Source: Camelus dromedarius (taxonomy: Eukaryota). From it: DNA of 64,000 bases. A program made the position numbers and the translations under genes. Shown one piece after another: positions 1-13,139 of the stretch (positions are counted from its first letter, which is position 1; each line of letters starts with the position of its first letter). The stretch is from contig NC_087436.1 in NCBI RefSeq assembly GCF_036321535.1, forward strand, positions 25,360,001 through 25,424,000. The letters are read 5' to 3'. The notes under the pieces were generated by a model, which saw nothing but the letters and a program-made list of their open reading frames with translations, was not told the origin of the DNA and did not search any database.

Positions 1-1309
1 TTTATGGATATATTCTAAAGCAATGGAAATTCAATTATTAGTGTCTAATTGGAATTTTAGTATGTAAAATGACTATTTGCATCACTCACGTTTAAATTAA
101 TAATTGACTTATTAAAACTACAGATTTTAAGAACTACTTTTATGAAGTTTAAGTGTAACATAAGTTTTGCTTCTAATTTACGAACCTGATAGGTTTTGTA
201 AAAATATTAAAAGTTATTAATTCCTTGATCATTATTAAATTAATTCAGTTATTTTACAGGTTAAAATCTTCTTTAATGTATTACATCATTTACATAGTTG
301 ATTACATTTATAAATATATTTCAAACTATAGTCACAAATTTACTATATTTTAATCTCAAGACTTTGAATACCAAAAAGATAAATTTACAAATCTACCAAT
401 GCACTTAAGCTCACAAATTAATGTCTAATTTTTTTTTCCAAGCATGGTTTGAAAACCTAAACATTTAAAATTAAATCCAAAGCCTTACTATGGTAGGTCT
501 TCAAATATATCAGATTTTTAAAAGTATCTCAAATGTTTAAATGACAGAATGATCACCATAGTTAGAAAACATATTGCTAAGTTTAATACAAAGCTATTAA
601 TACTGTTCTGATTTTTTCCCTTAATTTTTGTATTTATTTCTGTACTTTCTAGGGATTACAAACTGATTTATAATAAAAATAAAGAGATTGGAATTAAGAT
701 CTCAGACTAGCTAAAGTTTCTTGATCTCAGACTTGGTGCCAAAATATATTTACAGATTTGGGTTATGGCCCAAGATTCTGGACAGGCATGTGGGATCTGG
801 GGTTGATTACTTGATAATTTCCAGCCGAGCTGCAGGTTAATGTGGCTATTTTAGGAATGGAGTTCTGTCTGTATTGAAGAAATCAAGGGGAAGTGAAGAC
901 TTAACAGTCATACTTTTCAACTTGAACTTTGTATTTTAATTTTTCAACTCAGTGCATAAAGAGTTCCCTTGGTAACTTTTAAGACTCATCCTTATTGTAT
1001 TTTGTTTTTAACCTGTTTTGAATTTTTAACCTTATTTGGAAGATGGGATGCTGAATCCTACAACCAAGTGCAACTGATCTTGCTCTTGGATTGCAATGAA
1101 TAAAATTCATACTGCAGATCCTGATAATAAAACTCTTCGTTGCTCAAGTGAAAAATAATTGATTTCATCATGCTTTATATATTTTACTTTCTCATCTGTC
1201 TAATTGATTATCATTCTTTCTATACTTACTGAACTAAATAACAAATTACTTTCAAAACTGCTGAATTATAAACGAGTGAATGAAAATAACCTTTTTTTTT
1301 TTTCTTGTT

Positions 1310-1745
1310 GATCATAGTCTTGTAAGCCAGGAATTTGGAAGGGGTCCAGCTGTTGGCTGTGGCTGTAGGTATTTTTAGGCTTGACTGGGTTGAGCATCCA
1401 ACATGACTCACTCAGGTGACAGGCAGCTGATGCTGACTGTTGGCTGGGAGTTCAGCTGGAGCAGTCAACTAGAGAGCCTGCACACAGCCTCTCCTTATGG
1501 TGGCTCATAGGATGGTGGCTTTAGGGTAGTTGAATTTCTTATAGGGTGGCTCAGAGCACCACTGTGAGTGGCCCCATGGGTAGGTTGGAAGCTGCATTTC
1601 TTTTATGACCTAGCCCTGGAAATTAAATAATTTCACTCTCTCTGTGTGCTACTAGTCAAAATAGTCACAAATCTAAACAGATTCAAGTGGAGAGCTTAGA
1701 CCCCATCTCTAAGTAAGAGAAGTGTCAAAGACATTGTTGCCACTA
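1310..1745 (-). mobile_element. MaLR LTR (MLT1G/H-like)
   Basis: Typical MLT1 blocks: ttggctgggagttcagctgg, ttttatgacctagccctggaa, agattcaag...ccccatctct. Confidence 0.75.
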
Positions 1746-1883
1746 AAAAAAAAATTCTGTACGTATCTATTGATAAAGCTGAAATCACTTCAATGAAATT
1801 GATATAAAAACTAAGACATCCAAACCTACAATTATATCTTGTTACGTGGGCTTTTTCATTCAGGTCAAAATTCAGGAAAACTC

Positions 1884-1912
1884 TGTGTGTGTATGTGTGT
1901 GTGTGTGTGTGT
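1884..1912. repeat. (TG)n microsatellite
   Basis: TG run with one interruption. Confidence 0.95.
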
Positions 1913-2567
1913 ACGTACTGTTTCATTCGTTAAATTTGCTACCCAATGTAAATTAAATGGTACTTCTATAACTTATTTATAAGAAAAGATAGGAAACTAT
2001 GATTCACTCTCATAATGCTTTTCCATTTAAGAATACTTTAATTTTATGACATTATTTTAACAAAGTATTTTCTTACTACTAGAAATAAGACATTCTTTAC
2101 TTGATTAATAAAACTTTAAGGGCCTTATTACAGATGTTACAAATAATTTATCAAAGGCACTTCACTCACCAAGAAAGCAGAATGATAGTGCTTGAACATA
2201 AGGTACATCAAATCACACAGGTAACAATGCAAATCAAGTGTTGCTCCAAACTGGAAGACAAGGCAGATGCTTATGAAGAATAAAATGGCAAAGACACTTT
2301 TAATACTAATGTTTTGATTTGTGGTGATCAGGTTGTCTTTAACCAAAGAGTTTGCTCAGGAATAGGATGTTTTCTGACACTTTGCAGCGGCTCAAGACTG
2401 GATTCTCACACGACTGCTGAATTGCAGGGAGTCTAAGCTGGAAGTATGTAGCATAATTGGAATCTGGCTGGGAATTGATACCTCTTTGTGTTCATGAATC
2501 TCTCAGACCTCTCCCCTCATGTTAGTTTTCTGAATTACTTTTGTTTCTAAAGTACTTATAAAAAGAC

Positions 2568-2900
2568 TTTTTTTTTTTTTTAATTTTGAGATAAATGCAG
2601 ATTCACATGCAGTAGTAAGAGAATGCAGAGTGCCCTTCACCCAGTTTGCCCCAGCGGTAACATCTTGCAGTAGTGGACTATGATACCACAATCAGCAAGT
2701 TGACATGGGTATCATCTGGCAACCTTATTCAGATTTCACCAGTTCTACATGAACTTGTGTGTATGTGTATTTAGTTCTATTCAGATTTCTAACATATAGG
2801 TTTATTTATTTATCATCATAGTCAAGATACAGGAAAGTTGCATCACCATGGGGATCCCTGTGCTGTCCTTTTATATTTACACTCTCCTTCCCTTCCCCCA
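2568..2900 (-). mobile_element. Ancient L1 3' end (L1MC/MD-like)
   Basis: Poly-T, then cccttcacccagtttgcccc...ggtaacatcttgca...ccttattcagatttcaccag. Confidence 0.75.
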
Positions 2901-3328
2901 CTTATTTGCTATTAGATTCAACAGACATAAAATTACATTTTAATAAGCATAACTAATACAACTAAAATATAAGATGAAAAATGAGAATTACAGAAATTGC
3001 AGAGATTTTTAATAGGAAGTATTCTTCGAGATGATTAACATGGAGAATTACTATCACACTTGTAATTTTGTTGTTCCACAAATGCAACAAACAAAATGTA
3101 TAAATAAAATAGCAATTCCCCTTATTAAATGCCTATATGAATACTTTGAATGAACATTGTGCATATGATTATGTCAAATTTTAAGTGACCAAGTATTTAC
3201 TTCCTGTTTGCTGATTTATATACTCCAGAATTTTTTGTGTGTTGTTCTAACAGCACTCATAGAAGAGGAACAGTCTCACAATGGTATGTTAAGGGGAATG
3301 ACAGAAGAGTTTTTAAAGTAATTTTAGT

Positions 3329-3668
3329 TGTTGGTCTAAAACAAAAAGACTGCTAGGTATTTCTCCAGCAAAGATGGGTTTATCTGGATTAGCAGAGAAT
3401 TGAAATTCAGGGTCTGCAACCATAGCGAGACACGTGCAAGTCCCCCGCATGGCAAGGGAAAGAGAACACTTTTATAGAGGGGAAAGGAAAAACTTGGTGA
3501 GGGGGCTATGGTAAACAGAGTCCAAGGCTCTTCCTTGACTGAGTCCCTGCCAGAAAAGAAGAGGAGTCATTCTTCCTGTTGGGCTTTGCTGTTGTCATGG
3601 GGTGTGAGTTCCCCCTTCTGGTCTCCTGACTCTATTTAACTGTGGATTCTGTTTATCAATTTTTTACA
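3329..3668 (-). mobile_element. Solo LTR, ERV1-like
   Basis: TG...CA termini, 4-bp TSD-like flanks tagt/tagc, TATAAAA on the minus strand near 3470, GC-richer than flanks. Confidence 0.7.
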
Positions 3669-4599
3669 TAGCAATCTCAGGACATTTATTATTTTTTATC
3701 CAAAATGAGGCAAGTGATTCTTTATTTTCAAAACTCATCTTAAATTCTTGGTCAGTATTTATTTCCAATAATTTAGCCTTTAAAACTAGGTTCAAACTTA
3801 AATTATCTTTAGTTGAATAAAATGGACTTTGGATCTATTACTTTCACATGTTTGGATCTTCTTTTGATGAAGAATAAAAATTTTTAAATTCATAAGTCAT
3901 ACTTAATAACTTTCACTAACTGCAATATTATCTCCATGTCCATCATCTGTTTCACTGTTCTTTCATATGTCTAACTTTGTTTTAGTCCTTCAATCTTATC
4001 TTTCATTAAGAAATACCTGAAGCATTTATGATTGCTTAGATATATTAAGATAAATTTTAAAATACCTAAACTATCAGGCAAATAATCAAGTGTGGTGAAA
4101 TAATTTACATTTTTTTACAATTTGGACAAAACTTAAATTTATTTTCAGCCATGCTAGAAGTTTGTTCCATGATTCAACAATAGAATCTTTCTCCTGGATA
4201 ATAGTCATACATCAGTATGCAATAACATTTATTTATAATCAGTTTCCATTATCATACAGTGAAGAGCATAATCTGTAATTCAGCGCATTAGCCTTTATAT
4301 AATTCACAATTTTTGCTGTGGTATGAAACACACTGTCTAGTTTAGCTGACATTCATCAGATTTTCTGTGAAAAAAGCAATGAGTTGATTTACACTCTGGT
4401 GCAATCTTCTTAATCTGAGTATCGACTCAGAACTATTTTCCTGTGGTTATAGCTGGACTAACAGAAGTTAATCCTGTCCAGAACTAAACTCCAAACCACA
4501 TGTACTGACATTGAGGACATATTTAGGTGTCACAACAAAGTCAGATTATTATAAAGTGCACACTCAGTTTCTGAATTTAGCTGACTGATGGGTTTAACT

Positions 4600-4622
4600 T
4601 GTGTGTGTGTGTGTGTGTGTGT
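4600..4622. repeat. (TG)n microsatellite
   Basis: Pure TG run. Confidence 0.95.
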
Positions 4623-6116
4623 CTCAGTGTGTACCAGCACTGGTCTGTATGTCTTTCACACACACAGTAACACTGTTTCAGATCCTTTCTCAGCCTAGTA
4701 TTAACGCTTTTCCATGTCTCCTGAGAGTGAAGACATGCTAAATTATCACACTTAATATTCCTTAAGAAGCATTTTGGGGGGACCCAAAATATTAAATTTT
4801 AAAAACACATACCTTCATATTTTTAAACTTTCTAAGGTGAACGATTTGAGGGAAAATTACTTCTGTACTTTTCAATATAATGAAAGGTTTATTAGAAAAG
4901 TTTATCTCAAATATACCACCCATCAAGTAGCTCTTCCTTTCATTTACAAACTGAATAACATGTCAGGAAATGGCTAGAAATATTGCCCTAAAATTTCACT
5001 TTTGATGTATCTTGCCTTAGCTTTCCTTTGCTTTTTATTTTAGTGTGTCTCATCACTGTCAGTGCTCTGATTAGTTTCCCCTGGTATGAAATAAAAGTGA
5101 TTCGCACATCATCTGTTAGGTGTGATCCTTTCATATGCTGTCCTTAATCTCAGACACAACTTAAAAATTGTCCTGGAAAGAGAATCCCTTTTCAGTTCAA
5201 TTTTGGTCAAGTACAAACAGGTTGTACGTACAGTCAATTCTGCTGTATCCTTGAGCAGAGTATAAACCCAGTTTCAGGTATTTTTTTTTAAGTTGCAATC
5301 ATAATACACATTTATAGTTTTATGTTTGTAGTTAAGCAGCCTTTGAATTATTAAAGGCACACTGAACGGTCTGTGGAACTATTGTTGACATGTTTCTTCT
5401 AGTAATGTAGTTTCCTTTATACACAGATTAACAAGACAACTGATCTTTAAATCTTTCTCCATACGTAATTTCTGAATTTTATTCTTCCTGCATAGCTAGA
5501 AAATATTTTTAAATGCATTTTAAATGGCATACACGGTATCCAAATAATAATATCCTGGGCTAGATTTTAAGAACAATATTACCTGCTTTGGAAACGTCTC
5601 ACACACAGCAGCAAACTTTTGAGCTGAGGCGAGTATGGTAGCGCAGTGCCATTCAGGATATGCCAGTAGAAAATCTGAATATCATAAATGTAAATGCCAA
5701 AATGTTTTAAATCGTACTGATTACATTTCACATGGAAAATTGTGTCATTTTACATTTTATTAGAAGCAGGAGAAACTATATCCATTTCTCTTATTTATTC
5801 AACCTAAAGTTCTTCATATTCAAAATACTACTTATTTGCCTTTTGGAATGACATATTTGTTAGCAGTATGGAAAACTACCTCTAAGGGTATAACATAAGA
5901 ATTGAAGGTCTTTCATAGTTTAAATTTATTCTGTGAACCACTTCTGCTTATGCATGCAAATGGGCTTACAGTGCTGTGACTGTCATTAACCCAGAGTCAC
6001 CTGCAAAATACGATGCTGAGAGATGATTTTCCGTGATTATAGTCTTGGACTTTCAGTTCCATGGCCTATTTTTGAGTGTAATGTCTGTTTTTTGATTTTT
6101 TTTTTTTGTCTCTTAG

Positions 6117-6240
6117 CAAAACACAAAGATTTTGCTAAAATGAATTAACCCTGTGGTTGATTGCCTCCCAATTGCAGATTCTCTCAACGGCAGCTACTGT
6201 CTCTCCCCAAGCTCAGTGTGTTGCTGTAGGTCGTGCCCCA
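6117..6240 (+). other. Candidate spliced exon (non-coding if the 6116 acceptor is used; 63 nt if the 6177 acceptor is used)
   Basis: Long T tract + tcttAG ending 6116; second ttgcAG ending 6177; donor CCA|GTAAGT at 6241; non-repetitive sequence. Confidence 0.4.
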
Positions 6241-6669
6241 GTAAGTCACTGGCATACCTTTAAATGTGCTTGTCTCCGTCAGTCCACTGAGTGGCATGTC
6301 CTGTTCGTCATCGATTCTTTTCACATGACCCACCTAGCAAATCTGAATCCCAGTGAGCAGCACCTGGGTGCTGAGGAAGTCCCTGTTCTGCAGCACGTTG
6401 CTGCATCCTTCTATTTCATGGTAGGGATTTTTTAAAGTATGTAGGTGGTTTTAGTAAAAGCAGCTAGCATCTGAGCAAAATTTTAGACTAAAATATGAAT
6501 GTTTTATAGTTCACTGGAATTTGTATGTTGTCCCTTGAAAGCTAACTTCATCTGGAATTATATCCCTTGCTCATTTATCTTTATAATATCTATATCGTAC
6601 CTATAGGTAGAGCTAATCATTTCATCCGAAACTCTCTTATATTCCTACATCTGAGTTTTGTCAGAATCA

Positions 6670-6870
6670 TTGCTGCTCGTCACCAGATGTGAAAGCCGGG
6701 AGCCATCTCTACCTCCTTGTTCACCCTTAGCTAACCGTTCCCACTCTGTCACTCAGTAAGTCTTGTTTTTACTTCTTGTGTTCCTCAAATGACTTTGCAT
6801 CACTGTGTTTCACCCCTTCAGTGACTCCCTCCCTGTTTCACGCAGTAAGAACTGAAGTCCTTACGTGACA
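6670..6870 (+). mobile_element. L2 fragment, decayed
   Basis: gaaagccgggagccatctctacctcc resembles the L2 3' region. Confidence 0.4.
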
Positions 6871-7915
6871 CACCTAGGGAGAAGTAGAGCATGGTCAAGT
6901 GGCAGGCTCAGGCTACTTATGACAAGGGCACATTTCCTAAGAAAATCTGAGATGAGCGCAAGATTTTATGTATAAATGTACTGTACACATTGAAAATTGC
7001 TTTTAATGATGATCTTTCTTCCGATGGCTGTTCTTTGTGTCATTGCTTCCAATGAAGTCATGTATATTCAGGGTGTCCTTGGTAGAAATTCAGCTTTGGA
7101 GAATCTTCACAGAAAATTATAATTTTCAGATTCCTTGAAATTCCTTCCGAGTCCACTTTTATCATCATTTCAACCTAATATTGTCTCATGGATCTTCATT
7201 CTGATTTCATACATGCTGTATCTTCTTGCATTATTTTTTGGAATGGCAAATGCTTTCCTGAAATTTTTTTCTGGATACAGCAGTAGAGTATTTTCAGAGG
7301 TGTTTAGTTTTCATAAATCTTTAGGATGTTTTCGTGGCCCCTTTCTTTTTTTTTTGTAGTGTTCATCAACCATGAGGACTTTTTCTTTCCTTTCTTTCCT
7401 TTTCCTCCCTTCTTTTCTTGCTTGCTTGCTTCCTTCCTCCCTCCCCTTCTCTTTTCCTTTTTTCCCTCCCTCATTTTAAAGTGAGATAACCTCCCATAAG
7501 ACTCAGTTTTGCTTAGGAGGTAAAAGGTTGGAATGTCCTTGCCTTGGCTCCCTGTTGTCTGGGTGGTGTTTGCAGGTTCCTCCAGCCCCACAGCTGAATT
7601 TAGGTTGATTTGTTCAGGTGCCAGTCCAACACTCAATTTCTGGAAAACATTCTTTTCATTTGAAATGTAATTTTTCCTACCCCTATTACTCTAAAAAGAC
7701 ACTAAAACAAAAAACAAATAAAACCTTTCATTCTCCAAACTCGTTATCATTAGGGTTGTATTTTCTCAAAAATACTGCACTTTACTTTTTGGAATCATTT
7801 GTCCCAGGAAGTGGTGTAACACTGGCAACATCCCTTCCCAAAAACCCATTTTCCTTACTCCCCACTCCCACGTGGTTTGTTCCAGGTCTGTTGACTTTAA
7901 GGCCAGCTGTTTCAG

Positions 7916-8182
7916 GCTTTCAGCTTTCACCATTGAGTATTATGTTGGCTGTGGGCTTGTCGTAAGTAGCTTTTATTATGTTGAGATACGTTCTTTCCCT
8001 ACCCACTTTGGTAAGAGTTTTTATCATGAATGGGTGTTGAATTTTATCAAATGCCTTTTCTGCATCTGTTGAGATGATCATGTGATTTTGTCCTTTTGTT
8101 GATGTGGTGTACCACATTGATTGATTTGCATGTGTTAAACCAACCTTGTGACCTGGGGATGAATTCGACTTGATCTTAGTAT
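7916..8182 (-). mobile_element. Internal L1 ORF2 (RT) fragment with 11-bp TSD
   Basis: Translates to [25 protein letters not shown]; agctgtttcag at 7905-7915 and 8183-8193. Confidence 0.92.
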
Positions 8183-11100
8183 AGCTGTTTCAGAATTAAT
8201 GTAGAAAGCTAGAAGGGTGTGGAGAAGAACTCTGCCTCAAAAAAAAAAAAAAAATTGATTAAGATGACTGCCTGTTTTTTTCTGATTGGTAAAAATTCTA
8301 GATCTAAGGTAGAGGCAACTTGCCAGGTTGTGAGCCTGTGCTATAATATTACATGTGTATATTACCAGGGCAAAGCTATGATTTGCTAAGACCAGTGCTA
8401 CTTTTTAATAACAAGTAAGTATTCTCCCAAATTTCTGGAATAAGTTGTCTTTGAGCCTTATTTTTAAGGTTTCATATTTTCTGTGTCATTTAAAATATTT
8501 TAGGAATCTGAAAGAGGTAAGGCAGATAACATTTAAGCTGAGGAATCTTGTGGTCTTGGTTTGGCTCACTTGTTTTTAGATACATTCCCAGAATTTCACT
8601 GCAGCCTTCCTTTTCAGATCTCAGTTGTGAGAGCAGATTATTCAGTTTGAGCTCTGTTCTAAATGCAGTAGTAGATAAACTCTGGGCTGCAGACAGTTCA
8701 GCCATATTGTTTTAAAGCTGTTGAATTGGGAATATTTCTGGCCATTAAGATATGTAAAAATGTGAGCTCAACTAATTTAATTTAACAGCAATGATTCTCT
8801 AGTAGAATACTATAAGAGGTGGAAAAATTGAATACCATTTCAAGAGGGTAGATAGAATCATAATGAAACATTTGGCAATGATGAGCGTAATATTTTCATA
8901 TGTGAGAAAAAATAAGGCACAGTGCAGGTCAGTCACTCTAGCAGAGACCTGAAATGAGTGCTGAACTGAAATTTGAGATCGGCAGCTCTATGGACTTAGT
9001 AACTGCTCTGTTTGTAGCCCCTAATAAGGAAGTGTGAAATTGCTGATGGAACAGAGAATGTGATTTCTGACCTTAGGAAATTTGCAATTTGATGGATATT
9101 CCAACCTTTTGATGTTATGCAGACCAAATAACTCAAATATATTTTTTAGAAAGCAAAGCCATATACATAGCTGATCCCTGAAATGCTGATTTTTCAGCAC
9201 AGATCAAAACAGCAATAAACAGAGAAAGGAAATGGCATATTTTCCTACAAAGGGTAGATGATTTAAAAGAACTTATACTCTGAAGGTTTCATCAAGTCAG
9301 TTTATTTTAAGTGAATTTAATTTGTTCATAGATACTTACCTTCCATTAGAATCTGTTGACTACACTGAACTTCCAAAGGTTAGGAACACATGATACTGAA
9401 TACATAGTAGACTTTTTAAAATGTTTCTTGCTTGGTAACTAAATGAATAAACATATAATGTTATTTTGAATAAGGGAACAAGATTTACCTGCATTTAAAA
9501 TATTTTTCTATGGAAAAAGTTTTTGACCAATTTCTTTAAAACTCTGTTAAATGCCTAAGAAACGTACAGGTGGTTAAGCTGTTCTTCCGCATTGTTTGAA
9601 CAATAAGCAATCGATTAGTGTGATAAAAGTTATGCTTTGACTCATTATTAACCTCTTAATGCCTACAATTCTGATTTTGTGTTTTCTTACTATTCAGTAA
9701 AATCTGCTATGAGAGGTTGCCATGGATCTTTATAATGTTGGGTTTTAGTTTAGCAGAATCCTAGCCGCATGTTTGTTTGCCAGAAAACAGACTAAAAATC
9801 TAGGAACCTACTCCAAAATTCTGCATGCTAGATCAATCCCATTTGCCCCTCCATGTCGGCTCTCTGTTCTTCTCTGCCTTGTTCTCTGCTCCTGGAAGGC
9901 TGAGTAGGGTGGACAACGTCATTGGCTTCCAAAAGAGTTTGGGCAATGGGGAACCTAAGAAGCAAATCGAAAGAAAAGGGGAGTGGGATATGGAGACCTT
10001 TTGAAAGAAGGTTACAGTTTCTCTCAAGGCAGCTCTTCCTGGTAACTATAGCAGCCTTGACTCCTCCAGCCTAGCTTTAGGGACATAGGGACAGCCCTGT
10101 GATCTGACATTCCTTCTAATGATTTCTTTACACACTTTACACTTGTTTATTAATACTTTGTTAAATTCTGTTGGAATAATCATAATTTGAGCATTCAATT
10201 TGTTTCCTATTGGGATCCCACAAGAAGAAAGTTTTCTTACTTTTATGCTCAATACTACAGTATCAAAACATTACCTTTCTCAAAAAAGACTACAACATAA
10301 CATGATAACGTTAAGAGAACCTTTAGGAAAAGTAATAAAAATACCTTTAAATCCTTATTTGAATCTCTGCAAAGCTTTCTTCTTCTTTTTTTTTTTTTTC
10401 TTTTTCAAAATGAAATTACTGAAAGACAGAAAAATTTCTCATTCGGTGACTTTTTTCTTTCTCTTTTTTACAAGCTTATTTACAGAAAGAATGCAACAGT
10501 TATGCATTATGAAGGGAAGTTGTTCAGTGGGAAATGCTCACAGACATCTGAATTAATGAACTAAATCTGTCAATTTCAAAATGCTAAACTCATTGGGTTT
10601 TTCAAGGAAATGAAATCAGGTCTACTGCCTGAAAATTTTTTTAAAAGAGATAACAGATTCAGTTGAAACACTGCAATTGGCATTATAAAACCTATTTTAA
10701 CAATGCAGTCAAGGGACTTTTTATTAGTGTTGTATAAATCAAACTGCTTCACAATATTATTCATCAGATTTTTACTTTGAGAATGTTATTTGCCCTTGAG
10801 TTCAGGCTGTATAAATCAATTTATACTCAGGATCTTGAGGTAAACACAATCCACATTAATCTTTTGGTCACATGATATTTTCTTAACGCCCATGCGAGAG
10901 CCTCTATACATCATGTGTACTTGCTTATTGCTGCCTTAATCCTTTTTTCAAGCTGTTTCCCATGAGAAAAATTTCATCTCTCTTTCAGGATTATGAGGGT
11001 CTTTTGTTCATGGACTGTGTTACATACTACTTTAGGATTCTCTAAAGTTCATGTTGCAGTTCATGTGTACACTACAAATGTTTATTGTTAGAGTTCAATG

Positions 11101-11224
11101 ATTAAAGCCATTAACTTATAACTTCAGTGAGCTTATTTTATGACTTAAAATATGGTAGACAACCCCTAAGCGTTTTAGCTTATTCAAATTTAAACATTTA
11201 GGAGGAGCTCTCATAAAGTAAGTT

Positions 11225-11590
11225 ATGCTGAGAGTCAAGGCTCCACTGCTACCATATTGAAACTGAGAAACTTAGATATTCCTTCTTCCAACAGCTGGGA
11301 AAGAAAGACATAATGTGCTGAGACTTTGAATCTTAAGGATTTAAAGCAAATACATAGGGAGATTAAGACATTATTTTTGGCATTGAGGTTGAGGTACGAA
11401 GCAGCAGAGACACACAGCACATCTCATTCAGACTGTTTCTGGAACCAACCTGGACTATTTTCCTGTTTCCTAGCATCCCTGGATCCTGCTTCTATCCCAG
11501 GCCTGATTCTACAGGCTTCATTAATTATGTAAGTTCTTTGTCTCCTGAAGTTATCTAGAGTTGGTTCAGTAACTTGCAGTCAAGAAATGA
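11225..11590 (+). mobile_element. ERVL-type LTR (LTR33/LTR16-like)
   Basis: End block agagttggttcagtaacttgcagtcaagaa resembles LTR33-type 3' ends. Confidence 0.5.
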
Positions 11591-11689
11591 AATGGATGTA
11601 TAAGATAGAAAAAAACTAAACTGTATACAGATATTTAGAGAGTTAAACATTACTCATGGTAGTATCTGTATGTGACATAAAGGATGAGT

Positions 11690-11870
11690 GTGGATCTGGT
11701 TTTCATGAAAGGTTCCATGGATTAGAAGATATATATGTTGAAATTTGATGAATGAGTAGAATTGAATAAGTAGAAATAGAGAAGGGAAGGAATTCCAGGC
11801 CATACAAGCAACATTGCCAATGCCAATGGTTCAGGAATGAGTGGGGTTATGGAGAGGCAGTGTCTTTTTT
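11690..11870 (-). mobile_element. L2 fragment
   Basis: Purine-rich gatgaatgagtagaa...gggaaggaattccaggc. Confidence 0.45.
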
Positions 11871-12574
11871 TCCAGAATGAAATTAATTGTCATTATTTCT
11901 TTTGAATCTCACTATAAGTTTCTTACATATTTTAGTCTTATTAATTTATATATAATCTCCAAATTTGTTAAAAAAAATCTCGTGATGAGCAGTATACAGT
12001 ATGGTTTATGTATATTTAGAAAACAAACATCAATAGATTATTAACTACATATGTATGTGAATCACACACACACATGCTCATATATGAACACTTTCTTACT
12101 GAATCAATTAAACTCCATCTTTTGGGTTCTTTCATTTAATGAATCCCCAGCTGCTGCCCACTGTCCTTGCCGTGTGGTGGCAGTGGGAGGAGGCAGGTAT
12201 AGGTACTTAAGAAGGACTTTGAGCCAACCATCTCTTGAACTCCTGATCCAAGGCCAGATCAAAGCTATTTCAATGACTTTGGGTAATGTTTACAGAGGTT
12301 AAGTAAATAAGGTTAAATTTAATTATATCAGGTTGAGATCGAACAACAGAAAACTGAAGTTCAAACTCACACATTTTTATATAAAGAGGTGCTTTGAAAA
12401 GGTGCTTTCTTCCTCTCAGGTATTTAGTTAATTGTTCTATCCATGCCTCTCAATTTCAAAAACATGATAAACATGAAAAACAAGTTTCATTAAGCCTATT
12501 TTAGTCAATGAATAAGAGCCAGATATTAAAATTTGATTGAAACTGGCTAAAAGTAAGCAAATGTTTGTAATTTA

Positions 12575-12700
12575 AAATTCAATGAAGTTAAGCAAAATTT
12601 TATTAAGTATCTTCCAAGTGCTAGTTAATGACTTAGTGGGAGAAGAGCAATGATAAGTAGGAGGAAATCCTGGGCTTCAAGAGGCTTGCATCCCAGAAAA
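12575..12700 (-). mobile_element. L2 3' end
   Basis: aatttttattaagtatcttccaagtgctag...cttcaagaggcttgcatc. Confidence 0.45.
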
Positions 12701-13139
12701 AAGGACATTATTTTGTCCCACCCTTGGGGTCAGGGTGGGCTTCATGAAGGCTTATAAATGGGAACTCACCTGCTACGTTTCAGGCCAACATTTTTTTCCC
12801 ATTAAATGTGGGAAATCCTCAAGCAAGTGCAATTCCAAAAATGCTACCTCAAGAATATGCCCCTCCCCCTACCTAGGGATTAATATTTCTCAGTTAAAAA
12901 TTGGTAGGTAAATTACTTTTTATCAGAGTCATCAGACACATTTTATAACTGTTTTTATGATTCTTCAGGAAGGAGGAAATGAAGTCTGAATCTAGGGGCA
13001 CCTTGTCTCTTAAACTTAGAGCTGCCTCTGAATTCATGTTTAATAAGTTTTCTATGCTAAACCACTATTTAATAATACCCTTCAGATGTCTCATTGTTTT
13101 AATGATAGCAGGTCTTTCCTGATAAGTTGCTATAAAGGA

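Noticed and set aside
698..733. Direct repeat gatctcagact, two copies
   Set aside because: Only two copies; a small local duplication, not an array or CRISPR
6020..6090. C/D box snoRNA (ATGATT start)
   Set aside because: Imperfect C box, no terminal CTGA or closing stem
6157..6435. 92-aa ORF as a CDS
   Set aside because: TTG start, no recognisable homology, runs through a consensus splice donor
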